Assembly: GCF_022045235.1 (NCBI RefSeq)
Contig: NW_027266286.1
Span: 75,516,001 to 75,580,000, forward strand
From: Haliotis cracherodii
Lineage: Eukaryota
Reading direction: 5' to 3'
Length of the DNA: 64,000 nucleotides
Shown here one piece after another: positions 39,835 through 53,339 of this stretch. The notes beneath the pieces are model-generated. The model worked only from the letters and a program-made list of their open reading frames with translations. It was not told the origin of the DNA and made no database searches. Numbering within the stretch: the stretch's first letter is position 1; each line of letters starts with the position of its first letter. The position numbers were made by a program, and so were the translations under genes.

Positions 39835-39935
39835 AGCCTCGGTGGCTGAGTGGGTTAGATCGCTGACTTTGTGTGCTGGCGATTAGGTGCCTCACTCTGG
39901 CAATGTGGGTCCGAATCCCGGACAAGACTCAAAAA
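39835..39935 (+). mobile_element. Degenerate tRNA-like SINE head
   Basis: A box TGGCTGAGTGG and B box GGTCCGAATCC with an over-long spacer; not a cloverleaf tRNA gene. Confidence 0.5.
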
Positions 39936-40567
39936 GTACGGGAATCTGTACTGTATAGTGAATATTTGACACAGTGTCATCACAAAAAATACTTTTGAGG
40001 CTCACGTGGATTTACATCTGTATTTCCACGACCAAGACATTGTCATGCAAGTTCTTAAATCTATCATAATGGCATGACACACACATATGGCATGTGTCAA
40101 ACCTAACAGTACTTGTTACCGAGCATCCAGCAAATATCTGATTGGAGACAAATACATGGTTCGAACCTCGTCCACCTGATGAAATGGTGCAGAGCACTAA
40201 AATTTACAAACTTCGACGACAAATTCCTATAACTCTGAAACTAAAGGAACTATATTGATTATAAAATGTACCTTTTAATATTTTTAAGAGAACTAATTGT
40301 GTTGCATGTCTTAGAATGACAATCAGTTAATTAACATCCATTTATCTGACTTGCATTGGATTATTTGCCATTTACACATTTGTCTATTCTTACTTTCACG
40401 AGGTTACTTTTAATATTTCTGTGGTTTACACATACAACCTAAGACTATATTAATATCATACACATCATGTCCAATCTTATCATGTGCTTGAAACCGGTAA
40501 TCAACCTAATGACAAAATAGAGAAAATAGGGGACTAAAACTTAATTACTAACACAGCAGCCCCTCCA

Positions 40568-41645
40568 TCTGTTGACACAGGGACACTTACATTGTTGACA
40601 CAGGGACACTTACATTGTTGACACTGGGACACTTACATTGTTGAAACAGGGACACTTACATTGTTGACACAGGGACAGATACCTTGTTGACACTGGGACA
40701 CTTACATTGTTGACACAGGGACACTTACATTGTTGACACAGGGACACTCACATTGTTGACACAGGGACACTTACATTATTGACACAGGGACACTTACATT
40801 GTTGACACAGGAGCAGATACATTGTTGACACAGGGACACTCACATTGTTGACACAGGGACACTCACATTGTTGACACAGGGGCACTTACATTGTTGACAC
40901 AGGGACAATAACATTATTGACACAGGAGCAGATACATTGTTGACACAGGGACACTTACATTGTTGACATAGGGACACTTACATTGTTGACACAGGGACAC
41001 TCACATTATTGACACAGGAGCAGATACATTGTTGACACAGGGACACTTACATTGTTGACACAGGGACACTTACATTGTTGACACAGGAGAAGATACCTTG
41101 TGACACAGGAGCAGATAAATTGTTGACACAGGGGCTGATAAAGTGTTGACACAGGGACAGATACATTTTTTGTTTTGGCACAGGGGATGATACATTGTTA
41201 ACACAGGGAAAGATACCTTTTTGACACAGGGACATTTATATGTTGTTGACACAGAGACAGAATTATTGTTGACGCAGGGACACTTACATTGTTGACACAG
41301 GGACAGATACATTGTTGACACAGGGACAGATACATTGTTGACACAGGGATACTTACATTGTTGACACAGGGACAGATACATTGTTGACACAGAGACACTT
41401 ACATTGCTGGCACAGGGACAGATACATTGTTGACACAGGGACAGATACATTGTTGACACAGGGACACTTACATTGTTGACACAGGGACACTCACATTGTT
41501 GACACAGGGACACTTACATTTTTGACACAGGGACAGATACATTGTTGACACGGGGACAAATACATTGTTGACACAAGGGCTGATACCTTGTTGACACAGG
41601 GACACTTACATTGTTGACACAGGGACACTAACATTGTTGACACTC
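40568..41645. repeat. 23-bp tandem repeat
   Basis: cattgttgacacagggaca(ctta/gata) x ~45. Confidence 0.95.
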
Positions 41646-42723
41646 TCAAACCACAGCCATATGTTTTGTGGACTATCTGTCCATGTTGTACAGTCACACA
41701 GCAGCAGACTTAGTACAGAAGCACATGTATATGTACGGCTCCAGTGGAACGTCGGTAACATAAGCGTGTTTCCTTGAGGACAATGTGAACAATACCTGCT
41801 TAGAGTTACGCTACTAAATTTGGTGATTTTATGAATGATCTGAAAAATACAAAACTAATACGTGTCTTTATGTGAGAAAATACAGGTTTATGAACAACCC
41901 ATTTTTCATCATTTTTCAGAAGCGACTAATCAATAACAGTTGGTGTTGTTTGGCTCATGCGTCAATCAACTGTCAGCAGTATTTTTATTCATGATTGTTA
42001 ATGACATTATATGACAAATTAAGCCTTCTGGCAGTATTCAAATCGTCATATAAATCATTGTCTCGGGCTCCCTTTGTAATTAATTCACGATACACACGTG
42101 GTATTCCGCTCATCGTGCATGTTTACATCATTCAAATGTTATGCATTGAGAGCTGGAGAAAACAGATACCTCCCAAAACCCGAGGAGGCAGCCCGGTGTT
42201 AATAAGAACTATCTCAGTGTCCCTATAAACACTTGCAGTGTGATCCCACTCAGGGAAAGTAGAAAATTATCTTTCGCATTTATACTAAAATTGATAGTCT
42301 TTATAGAATCATTTTAGCCTTCAGATAATTTGGATGAATGAATAAAATGGGTATTAATCATTGATTCATAAAGTGAGGGTAGGGTCTATTGTAAATAAAA
42401 GCGACAAAATCCTTGCCATATTATTTATCGTAAGACATCTCTGCTAAAGTCATATCTTGAAGCAAGTCTTAATGTCTTATTGGGTGAACATGCTATTGAT
42501 ATAGAAAAAACATAGAGACAAACACGGAATAGGTTACTTCATAAACTTGGGACAAAAACCTCATCATAACCATGAGAAATAATATATGAAGTTCCAATGC
42601 GGCAATATTGATAAAAGCGGCGTAAAACCGAACACACTCTATCACAAAAACCTCGAACGCAGCCACGTGTCACGAAACAGAAGAGACTTTGATGATATCG
42701 GGGAGCAAAAGCCTGTTTATTTT

Positions 42724-44345
42724 CTAGTTCGGGCAACAGACAGCGAACCTGTCAGTCGGGTCGATGTGACAGTAACTTTGTACAGGGCAGGTCACTCTGG
42801 AAGGACCACGCCCACAAAACAGGGTTGTTCCATCGCTGCTCCTCAGTGGTTGGGTGTTACTGGGACACAGCTGGAGTTCTGAAACAGGCGAACGTCATGA
42901 CGAGCTACTGACGCGTGTGTCGTTTCACCAGGAGTAGACCAGCTTTATATTTGGCGCTAAAATGAAAGTCTACACGCGCAGAATATTAAATATAGCAAAA
43001 TGCACTCAGGGGAACAACATAAACGGTTCACTATCATCTCATAAAAGATCCACTTCTCTTGGTGTCTATTGGGGGCACGGGTGGCCCAGTCGTCTAAAGC
43101 GCCGCGATTCGCCGTGCAGAGTTGCGTCCCTTGGGCACGCCAGAAACCTATGATTGTGGGTTCGAATCCCGGTTCGCCCCGATTATGTTTCTAGGTATGT
43201 CAGCCCCATACCCGTGCTCGTGGGTTTCACCGAAGTGGTAAACGTCTAAGACCTGCATCACTTTGGGCTTTCCTCCCACATTAAGATGACACGCCGCGAT
43301 ATAACTGGAATACTGTTAAAGCGGCGTTAAACCCAACTCACTCACTAGGTGTCTATTAGCCTAGTAATCATTAATAATTCAAACATCCACGTCTTCAGGT
43401 GTCTATAAGTCCTGTTATCATTAATACGTCGAACACTCTCTCATTCATTCGCCATATAGTCGACACTTCTTGGCAACGGAACATTCGTGGCACTTAACAC
43501 TTGATTGTTGTAGCAGGTTTTCTGTGAGATAAATTGGTTCCCGATTCGCTGACATTATGACCATTGGTCTATCAGCACCATGATTAGGATAAGTTGATAA
43601 CCGTTTAAACGTTACTCCCACTCAGCTGACTTTCCTTGAAACGATTAAAACGACTCTCAAGTCCAGATGACAGGACCTTCCAGGTACATGATGTTCGCGT
43701 TCGCCAAGTCTCGTTTTCCATGACGTCATAACGCCAGTTGCAATTCATGACAGAATAGCATAGATTTCTATGAAAATGATTATATATCACAATACTGTGC
43801 ATCGAGAATATTTTTCAGCAAGAGCTACAAAAAAGGACATTTTTAAAAATTTAAAACTATGAGCCTTTAAGAAACACACATTGCAAAAATGTAAATTTTG
43901 TGGCAGGCAATTTCTTTTTTGTTATACGTCTGAAGACAATGTATTTTTTGACAACTTACTACAACCCACTTCCCCCTAGTCGGTCCATAGGAACGTTCCG
44001 AATAATAAAATAAGTACGGATTGTGTCAATAATCAAAACATACGTCTCTCTGAACTTGCATCGATGCCCCTGAGAAGACACGGAGTTAGCAGCTGTGGAG
44101 ACATAAAACAGGTGATGTAGAACACACAACACAACCAAATTGTTGAAGACGAAGCTAAGTTCATAACTTAAGGACTGTGCTTAAGATGAAGCCTGAGTCT
44201 TATGCTGAAAGATCACAAGGGAACACACATTGTCCATCCCCTGGTGCCCCAGGTGTCACGGCAAAAAATAACACAGTTGGATGTAGATCAACGAAACACA
44301 CATAATACAGAATTTGCTTACCAGTATAAAATACAAATATTTCAT
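42724..44345 (-). CDS. Small secreted peptide with a single lustrin-type cysteine-rich module, 75 aa
   Basis: Exons 44345-44322 (MKYLYFIL|gtaagc), 44092-44044 (LLTPCLLRGIDASSER|gtatgt), 42878-42724 (QLQLCPSNTQPLRSSDGTTLFCGRGPSRVTCPVQSYCHIDPTDRFAVCCPN*). Phases 0,1. AATAAA at 42721-42716, just after the stop. The C..PL..FCGRGP.R..CP..SYCHI.P.DRFAVCC pattern resembles the lustrin cysteine-rich repeat. Absent from the ORF track. Confidence 0.82.
43071..43347 (+). mobile_element. SINE family A, full length
   Basis: Same head, body and tail as the 9064 copy. TSD ggtgtctatt at 43061-43070 and 43348-43357. Confidence 0.88.
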
Positions 44346-44764
44346 CGTACTCCTTCTGTTTTACACGGCAGGTTACTTGTGTGCTTGTTTCACTGTAGTC
44401 TTATCTGGAGGAAACAGATTGTGTATTGGGTAGGGCTCGGTCAAAGTCTACGTGTTGATATTATATATCTGAATAACCAGAGTACAATAACCTAGATCCT
44501 AGATAAAAAATCGCAATGTCAAGTATTTCTTTCTGTTTTCTACATTTGCAGCGTAATCATACATAGAAGATATTTCACGAGACATATGGGTTATCCTATT
44601 TATTATATACATATTGTGCAGCTGTCTACCGGAAAGTTATTTTTTACCATTACAAATGTAAAACCTTAGAACGTAAATTCCCCCTTCCTAACATGCAGGG
44701 ACGTTTCACCACACCTTGTAATTGCGACTTAACAAGTAGTTCGGAGTTTGCAAAATCTTAAATA

Positions 44765-45055
44765 TAGGTGAGGTGAAATTGGGTTTAACGTCGCGTCCAA
44801 GATTATTGTACTTATATAGCCACGTGCATGCACGTGTGTGTGTGTGGCTGCTTGTACTAGTCCGGACTGATGCCGATTTATAGTGCTAGCCCACTGAGAT
44901 ACCAAGCCGACCAGTCGTTGTTTTAGCTCCTTAATGCCGAGCGCCAGACAGGGTAACAACAAGTACATCTTTTAACGTCTTTTGGTATGACGTGGCCGGG
45001 GATCGAACCCCGGACCTTCCGGGCGGACGCTTTACCACTAGACCACGGAGGCGGT
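44765..45055 (-). mobile_element. tRNA-derived SINE (family C) with a Meta-SINE-like central domain
   Basis: Head TGGTCTAGTGG...GGTTCGATCCC; central GTCATACCAAAAGACGTTAAAAGATG..CTTGTTGTTACCCTGTCTGGCGCTCGGCATTAAGG; related copies at ~23360-23575 and ~56410-56700. Confidence 0.72.
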
Positions 45056-47656
45056 TCTTAAATATATAAACAAAAGCAATACAAAAGTCACTACAATTCT
45101 TGATCATACATTTGGATATGATTATATACAAAATCAACTTTAAAAAAATATGCTTGGAAGTTACGATACCGCTCTTGGAATACTCGCTGGTCAAATAACA
45201 AAAATGTCTCTCTGCGAAACGACCAGCTATATGAGTTAGTTCACAAGAACAACAAAAGAATAACAAATGGGAAGAAGCGATATTAACTCCCTAAATGACC
45301 GTCTGTCCTCATTGTGTCTTCACAATTTGGAAGGAAGTCAACAGTTTGTGTACGAACCAGACACTTATGATAACTGGAGATTATTTGCGGGGTTGTAGCT
45401 CTTTTATGACAATGGTTCCGTCAAAGTATTATGTTCACTACAATAAAAAATATCACTTTTCTCAACCCCAGACACCTCAGTCTTTCACACGGAGGTATAT
45501 AATAGACTTCTATCTTTCAATGTATATGTGAATGGGCGTGAAGAGACGCCGCCAGCACACATGACTGGAACATAAAGACGAAAAGAATAACATTCGCTGA
45601 TATACAGCAAGTATGCAGTGAGAAAAGTACCCATTACATGTATATACAATAACACTAATGCTCATTTAAGAAAACAGTCTCCGTATAATAGCATAAGCGA
45701 GAAAAAAACACTTTCCATAATCATAAGAAACATCTGCTAAAAATGTCTAATGTACAGCGACGAAAACTTTTTCCACAATCACATGCAATCCATTTAACGA
45801 TTCCAACTGTATCAAAGGTAGTTACGATTAACAGCCATAACACAAAGTGCTAGCGAAATGGTGAAACAAAATGCCCAACCGATGGCATTCGTCACCAACA
45901 CATGTAAAGGCAAGTCAATTGATCAACTAATAAAACACAGGAACGTATGGTACAAGTCAAAATATGGAATTGCATAGGACATCATTTTTGTCATAAAGAT
46001 TTGGAAATGTCCATCAAATGTCTACCATACAACATTTGAAAATAATTTTGCTGTATGTTGTAACCCTGATCAAACAACTTCTGAGCAATAGTCGTATGAT
46101 GCTCTTTGTAATTTTGGTTGACAGCACATGCTCGATTGGACCTCAAAAGTTATGACATGTAGACACCAAAGGCTGGAATCGCGGGAATATTGTTCGACAG
46201 CTAACAAATTAAAGAGTGATTATTAGAAAGTTTAGGCCTTCCTTCGTGTCATGGTGTCTGGTGGATAGGTTATTCATCCACGGTGGATATCTTGAATGCA
46301 TATTAATTAATGTACATGCTACTATGTACATTCATGCCAATCAATAGATTTAAACAAACTTTGGCAAGCATAGCGCTACGGCTCCTCCTCGCCATTGTCA
46401 CTCATGACCTTAGAATAGGGCATGTTATTGCGAACATCTGGTGTCATCTCGGTCACGTGTCCCGGACTTTATTCTATGATAACACACGGTCAATGATGAA
46501 GATATATTTGACGTGTTCCCGCCTGTGCATTTCATTTCAGCAGGACACTTACATAAGGGTGGTGCCGTGTATGCAGATGTATGTTTCCATCCTACTTCAC
46601 GTTGCGCGGGCTGGAACTCTGTCTGGACTGGCATCAACTGTAATGGATGACAATTACCAAAACATATATCTTGTCCTACATCAGCTGCTATCACCTTAGA
46701 GACGTGACACCATATTCAACATCGAAAGGTAAAAGATTGTCTGTGAATATACATAACTCGCTAACTTCTAAATACCATGCAATAATACAGGATAACATCC
46801 CTGTTACAATGATGACCAGCGTTCCAGTATCAGCTGTACACCAGATGACTTCAACAAGGCTTCGTAGCAAGATGGCCTTCCTTAATGGTATGCATATACA
46901 TATGCGCTGTGATGGACTTGTGTTCAGCATATATTCGTCCCTGTTAGTAGAGGTGATAGTGCTCTCGGAAATGTACTTTAGTTGATCTTTGGAAATTCAA
47001 TCTTCCTATTACTTCAGCCCGATCAGGGTCGATTGACGTACAATACTAGCATTATCAACAGGTGTGCAATCATTATTATTGAGGGCCACCGTGCCTTCCC
47101 AAGCGTCTAGTGGAATTGTTCAGACTCCAAGAAACATGTATCAGCTGTACAGCAGACGACATCGGCTCTGTAAAAAAGAGATTCAAAGTACTTTTGCAAC
47201 AGCCACTGCACATTGGAGACCCGACACACATGTAGAACTACTCGTACCTCGGTATCATTCACACAAAGCTTCAGCTTCCCAATATTTAATTTGTGACTTT
47301 TGATAGACAAAATTCCTCTGTTATAAGCACACAAGTAGCATGTTTGTTGCTATGTTCTAACATCAAGAGGGAGGGAAACGCCGTGCATTTTTCAGCAATA
47401 GAAGTTAACATCCATACACCTTTCTGTTCTAAGATGTTGTTCTTGCAATTTGAGGTGTCACAGGGGTAGATTTGACCTCTTCAGTTTCATCTTCAATGAT
47501 GAACACGCGGAAGACAGACGCTGGACAAGAAGGTCATGGCATACGCTCACTGTACAAACAGTTGCGTAAAAACACAAAGTCAAAAACTGAAATCAATTTA
47601 GGTTTATTGTACATGTTATTAATGTGGACATTTTTGTATCAGCAGCAGGGTTGGAC

Positions 47657-50600
47657 TTAACCCTTTTTAGGGTGGAATGTGGGGTTTTGGCAGGTGGAAC
47701 ATCTTCCACAACACTTCTGTATGCCGGGACAGTCACTGTCACGGTAACAAGGGCGGCCGTGGCCGCAGCGGATGGCGAGCACCGAGGAGACATGGCAGTA
47801 ACCTGGTTTATCTGAAAGTGAAGGTGACTTAGTCAGTCTAGAGTTTTCGTGACTCGTGGACCTGCAACTGTAACCCTGGCCCTACACACATAGACAGACA
47901 GTACGGTAGGATGAGATGCAACACATATAACAGGTTCTACTGAGATGCAACATATATAACAGGGTCTCCTGAGATGCAACATATATAACAGGGTCTCCTA
48001 AGATGCACCATGTATAACAGGGTCTACTGAGATGAAACATATATAACAGGGTCTCCTTAGATGCAACACATATAACAGGGTCTATTGAGATGCAACATAT
48101 ATAACAGGGTCTCCTAAGATGCAACATATATAACGGGGTATCCTGAGATGCAACATATACAACAGGATCTACTGATATGCAACATATATAACAGGGTCTC
48201 CTAAGATGCAACATATATAACAGGGTCTCCTAAGATGCAACATATATAACGGGGTATCCTCAGATGCAACATATACAACAGGGTCTACTGAGATGCAACA
48301 TATATAACAGGGTCTCCGAAGATGCAACATATATAACAGGGTCTATTGAGATGCAACATATATAACAGGGTCTCCTAAGATGCAACATATATAACAGGGT
48401 CTACTGAGATGCAACATATATAACAGGGTCTCCTAAGATGCACCATATATAACAGGGTCTATTGAGATGCACCATATATAACAGGGTCTCCTGACATGCA
48501 ACATATATAACAGGGTCTCCTGAGATGCAACATATATAACGGGGTATCCTGAGATGCAACATATACAACAGGGTCTACTGAGATGCACCATATATAACAG
48601 GGTCTACTGAGATGCACCATATATAACAGGGTCTCCTAAGATGCAACATATATAACAGGGTCTCCTGAGATGCAACATATATAACAGGGTCTCCTAAGAT
48701 GCACCATATATAACAGGGTCTATTGAGATGCAACATATATAACAGGGTCTCCTGACATGCAACATATATAACGGGGTATCCTGAGATGCAACATATATAA
48801 CAGGTTCTACTGAGATGCAACATATATAACGGGGTATCCTGAGATGCAACATATACAACAGGGTCTACTGAGATGCACCATATACAACAGGGTCTATTGA
48901 GATGCAACATATATAACAGGGTCTCCTGAGATGCAACATATATAACAGGGTCTCCTGAGATGCAACATATACAACAGGGTCTACTGAGATGCAACATATA
49001 TAACAGGGTCTACTGAGATGCAACATATATAACAGGGTCTCCTGAGATGCAACATATATAACAGGGTCTCCTGAGATGCAACATATATAACAGGGTCTCC
49101 TGAGATGCAACATATATAACAGGATCTACTGAGATGCACCATATATAACAGGGTCTCCTGAGATGCAACATATATAACAGGGTCTCCTGAGATGCAACAT
49201 ATACAACAGGGTCTCCTGAGATGCAACATATATACCAGGGTCTCCTGAGATGCAACATATATAACATGGTCTCCTGAGATGCAACATATATAACAGGGTC
49301 TCCTGAGATGCAACATATATAACAGGGTCTACTGAGATGCAACATATATAACAGGGTCTCCTGAGATGCAACATATACAACAGGGTCTACTGAGATGCAA
49401 CATATATAACAGGGTCTCCTGAGATGCAACATATATAACAGGGTCTCCTGAGATGCAACATATATAACAGGGTCTCCTGAGATGCAACATGTATAACAGG
49501 GTCTCCTTGGATGCAACATATATAACAGGGTCTACTCAGATGCAACATATATAACAGGGTCTACTGAGATGCAACGTATATAACATGGTCCCCTGAGATG
49601 CAACATATATAACATGGTCTCCTGAGATGCAACATGTATAACAGGGTCCCCTGATCTGCAATATATATAACAGGGTCTCCTGGGATGCAACATATATAAA
49701 AGGGTCTACTGGGAAGTAGCATATATAGCAGGGTCCCCTGAGATGCAACATATATAACAGAGTCTGAGATGTAACATGCATTTTTAAGAAAGGAACAAAT
49801 TTGACTGTTTGCCTTTTGTTTGTTTGCGTATTTAGCTGCGCAACCTACCTGTGCTCGAGTGTAAAAATGTCAAATAACACGTCTTACCGATCGGAACGCA
49901 GGTTGCCGTCGGGTTTCCTAGCTTGCCATATATCACCTTACAGACATCCCCAAGATGACATTCGTAGTTCTGCAACAGGTAAAATAATAAAAAAACAGAG
50001 CAACAAATCATGTGACGTCTTCAGATATGGTAACCCTTTAATGATCTTAATGGCAATAGGAAATCTTCACAACACAACACTGGTGTCATACTCGATTATA
50101 GTTCATAATATCAAAAATCATAAACATTAACTTCTTGTGTGTTCATCTTGATTTCAGATTGGTTGTAAATACAATGTACTTACGTGGCATGGGTCGACGA
50201 TGGTTGCACAGCATACACCACAGAGAAGAGCGAGCACCTGGTAACGATGATATCGTGAGGAAACAAATCCGTGACAGTTACAATTTGATAAAAATGCACA
50301 CTTGCACTAATGTCTGTAAATGAACCTCTTTTACAAATCCTACATGCTTGTGATTATACCGGAACTGCCCTGTGCGTTGGATCACCCCCGAATTAAGCTC
50401 ACATGTTTAATTGATATACAAAAATATACATAGGTTTTGGGACATTTTTCAAACATCTTCAAACCACACCTCTGCCGAACACGTTCATTTTTTATTATCA
50501 AACATTGACATTGGAAATCATCTTTCGACAAACAGTCAACCGCAACACAAAGGGACCTACGCAATACTTCGAGTTTTCCGACGTTCGACATGACGGTGTG

Positions 50601-50784
50601 TAACTGTATTTATTTACTTTCAACAGAAACCCCTTTGACATCTTGGACAAAACTTTATACAGACAAAACACTACAGAGCTGCGTCATTTTCGAACAAATA
50701 AAACGATCGTTGCAACGGGCAATGAGTATTATGTACAGCATCGAAAACCTGATTCCTTACCAGGAATGATAAGAGTGACATCAT
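47657..50784 (-). CDS. Small secreted FOLN-like + WAP domain protein, 104 aa
   Basis: Exons 50784-50761 (MMSLLSFL|gtaagg), 50237-50184 (VLALLCGVCCATIVDPCH|gtaagt), 49969-49888 (NYECHLGDVCKVIYGKLGNPTATCVPI|gtaaga), 47811-47657 (DKPGYCHVSSVLAIRCGHGRPCYRDSDCPGIQKCCGRCSTCQNPTFHPKKG*). Phases 0,0,1. TATATAAG at 50835-50828; AATAAA at 47608-47603. Absent from the ORF track in the correct frames. Confidence 0.86.
47905..49770. repeat. 29-bp tandem repeat filling intron 3 of the FOLN-WAP gene
   Basis: gagatgcaacatatataacagggtct(c/a)ct x ~63. Confidence 0.95.
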
Positions 50785-50827
50785 GTGTCTTCAGATCAAT
50801 GCCTGTACGACGTGTGGCTTAGCCTGG

Positions 50828-50835
50828 CTTATATA
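50828..50835 (-). promoter_or_regulatory. TATA box of the FOLN-WAP gene
   Basis: TATATAAG on the minus strand, 51 nt upstream of ATG 50784. Confidence 0.7.
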
Positions 50836-51854
50836 GTTTTGGCGAATATCTCACCCACCTCTCACCCCAACCCCCTCCACATATACCCATCTGATAGGAC
50901 TATAGCCCTATTTTTCATAAAATAATGAAAACTCCTTTGTCTTTGACATATTTTAAATGTATCTGCATGAACGTACATCGTGACCTTTTAAATGATTTAA
51001 ATGGATAGGGAATGTGATTGATTAATCTCTCTGAAGTGTATATAGCGAATGTCAAGGAAGAGAAGATACTTACTTTTGTTGTTATTGGCGTAGAGAGGCC
51101 ACCGGCCCATTATACACGTATAGGATAGTACGAAGTCAATCTCAGCAGAGCGCCAAGTATCAACTAGTACAGCCTGCGACATACATTATACTGTGAATAT
51201 TGATTACATAATACAAAAATACTGCAAGTAACAATTTCCCTGTGTGCAGTACATACAAAACAAAACATATGCCGTCAAGGTGTTGTGGGATCTGCTTGAT
51301 TGCGAGGATTCTATTTCTTTGTCGCATCGAACATCATCACATGGTCTGCATCACAATCTAACTAAATGTCCTGCTTCTTTTATTTTGTGGCAATGCACCA
51401 CACGGCAATATGAAACTGCTTCATTTGGTAACAAAGCAACACAAGAGGGATATGTCGCTGATGTACACCGCTTTTTCTTCTCAGACATGGCGTTTCACCA
51501 AGGCAGTAGCCGAGGTCCTTAAAGCGGTGGTGTCATTCACGAGTGCTCTAGCATACGAATGTTCTACTGGGGTCATAGTTTAACTGACATGCTCGGGTAT
51601 TTTTATTTTTCGGGTACTTTTATGATAAATGGATTTTAAGTTTATGTATTTCCCAGAAGCAATGCATCAGTTCTAAAAATGACGCAAGTTATGGTTGCAC
51701 TCGCAGTCAGCTTATTGTAAGTTTTAAATAAATAATATGAAACACCCCATGTGATTCAGGAAGTGAAATGGCTGTGTTTTAAGGGCGGTACTGACCAGAT
51801 TTGCCATGTGCTCGATCGATACCTGGTGTTTAAGGGAGGGAGTGATAGAACTTG

Positions 51855-52645
51855 TCATGTGTTTGATGCTTGTTTTTTTTATGCAGGAAGTGAAAGGTCA
51901 TTTCTTGTGTTTAGTTCTGGAATTGTAGCCCCTCGCTGGTGACCTTGAAAGGTTGATACTGTACAACGGCTGGGTAGCATTGTGCGGGGTTTAGAATGGG
52001 TTGAAGAGACAACACAACGTGCTGCAGACGAGCTCGAGTACAGTCTTGATGAGAAGCTCATCCTATATCAAACATAAAATAAGGTTGTTAAGATGCCATG
52101 TCTTGACACGTGTCGTTATAGATGTTATTGCTGAGGTACATTGTGTATCGTGTGTATGTCCTCTTATATATGCGAAGACTGGTGTCTCTCGCTGTAACAT
52201 AAAAGTCAAGAGTACATGTTAGTTCATTTTTAATTGCATCTACATGTAAAACATCGGAGAGCATGTCCTTTCGTTACCCTACCAGCATTCGGTCACAGCG
52301 CCCTAACTCGCCCTGCTTCAGGTTTCTACGGCTTGCAGTTGACAAGGTGCAATGTCAGAACCAAATATACAAGGAGCGAGAAAGGTGTCAGTTTAATGCC
52401 CCGGGCCGTGCTTCAGTGATCAACTGACCACTTGTTGTATTAAATGTGTACACAAGTTTCTACATGTGGTAGTTGTAAACTACGTTCAAACGCCATCTTC
52501 AAGTGGTAGTCAACGGTGATCTTTAAAATGGATTTATCTGTCAAGCTACACAAGTTGAGGTTTAAATTAAATACAGTTATATGTAGGGCAATTTCCACTA
52601 GGGCTTGTAGCACATTACCACTGTGTGGAGCTATAGTATCCATGT
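51855..52645. repeat. Dispersed duplicated block, copy 1 (homologous to 61410-62092)
   Basis: Collinear matches: gcaggaagtgaaagg, tctggaattgtagcccct, tgccatgtcttgacacgtgtcgttatagatgttattgctgaggtacattgtg, tgtaacataaaagtcaagagta, gtgcttcagtgatcaactga, cacattaccactg. Confidence 0.85.
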
Positions 52646-53339
52646 GAGTAATGTTGGGACTTGTGCACGAAATCGTGCACATAATACATGGAATTAAACG
52701 ACCACGTTAATGAAATACCGTTAGCATCTTTAGTTTAGCAAATCTGATGACGCAGATGTCGCCCCGATTTCTCCTATTGTAAAGTGGTGGGTTTAGCGGA
52801 GTTATTGAACGCCCAGTATAATAACCAGAAAAAAAACAACACTTTTGATCCGTAATAATGGTATTTAATGATAGGGTCTGTCATTGGTTCTGACATTTGG
52901 CCTTTGGATTTTATTCACATGAAAAAACATTTTTTTGGCATTTGTGTTCTTATTACACAATGAAATTAAATAGATCTAATAATTTTGGAAAAATAATTCA
53001 TTAAATCAAATATAGTGTTTGTGCTTGTAAACCGGATGCTTGTCGGATCTGAATGGCATAATAATAAAGAACATGTTAATTAAGTAGTAGTAGTAGTAGT
53101 TAGTAGTAGTAGTTAAGAACAGTAGTCATGATGTGGCATGTTATAATTGTACATATTATTTATTGTCAAAATTCAAATAATGCATTTTTAGGAAGGAACA
53201 CACATGCAAGTTAAAAAACAACAACTTTCAAGCGAATTGTAAATAATTGTAATTTTAGATGATTCTACTGACCATTCTACATTAACTCCAAAAGGTTTTC
53301 ATGTCACGTGACGTCGCACGTTCGCATCTCTGTAGATGC

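Noticed and set aside
47905-49770. Regular 29-bp repeats (and 30-, 34- and 45-bp arrays elsewhere) resembling CRISPR periodicity
   Set aside because: Head-to-tail repeats without unique spacers, no cas genes, and a eukaryotic intronic context.
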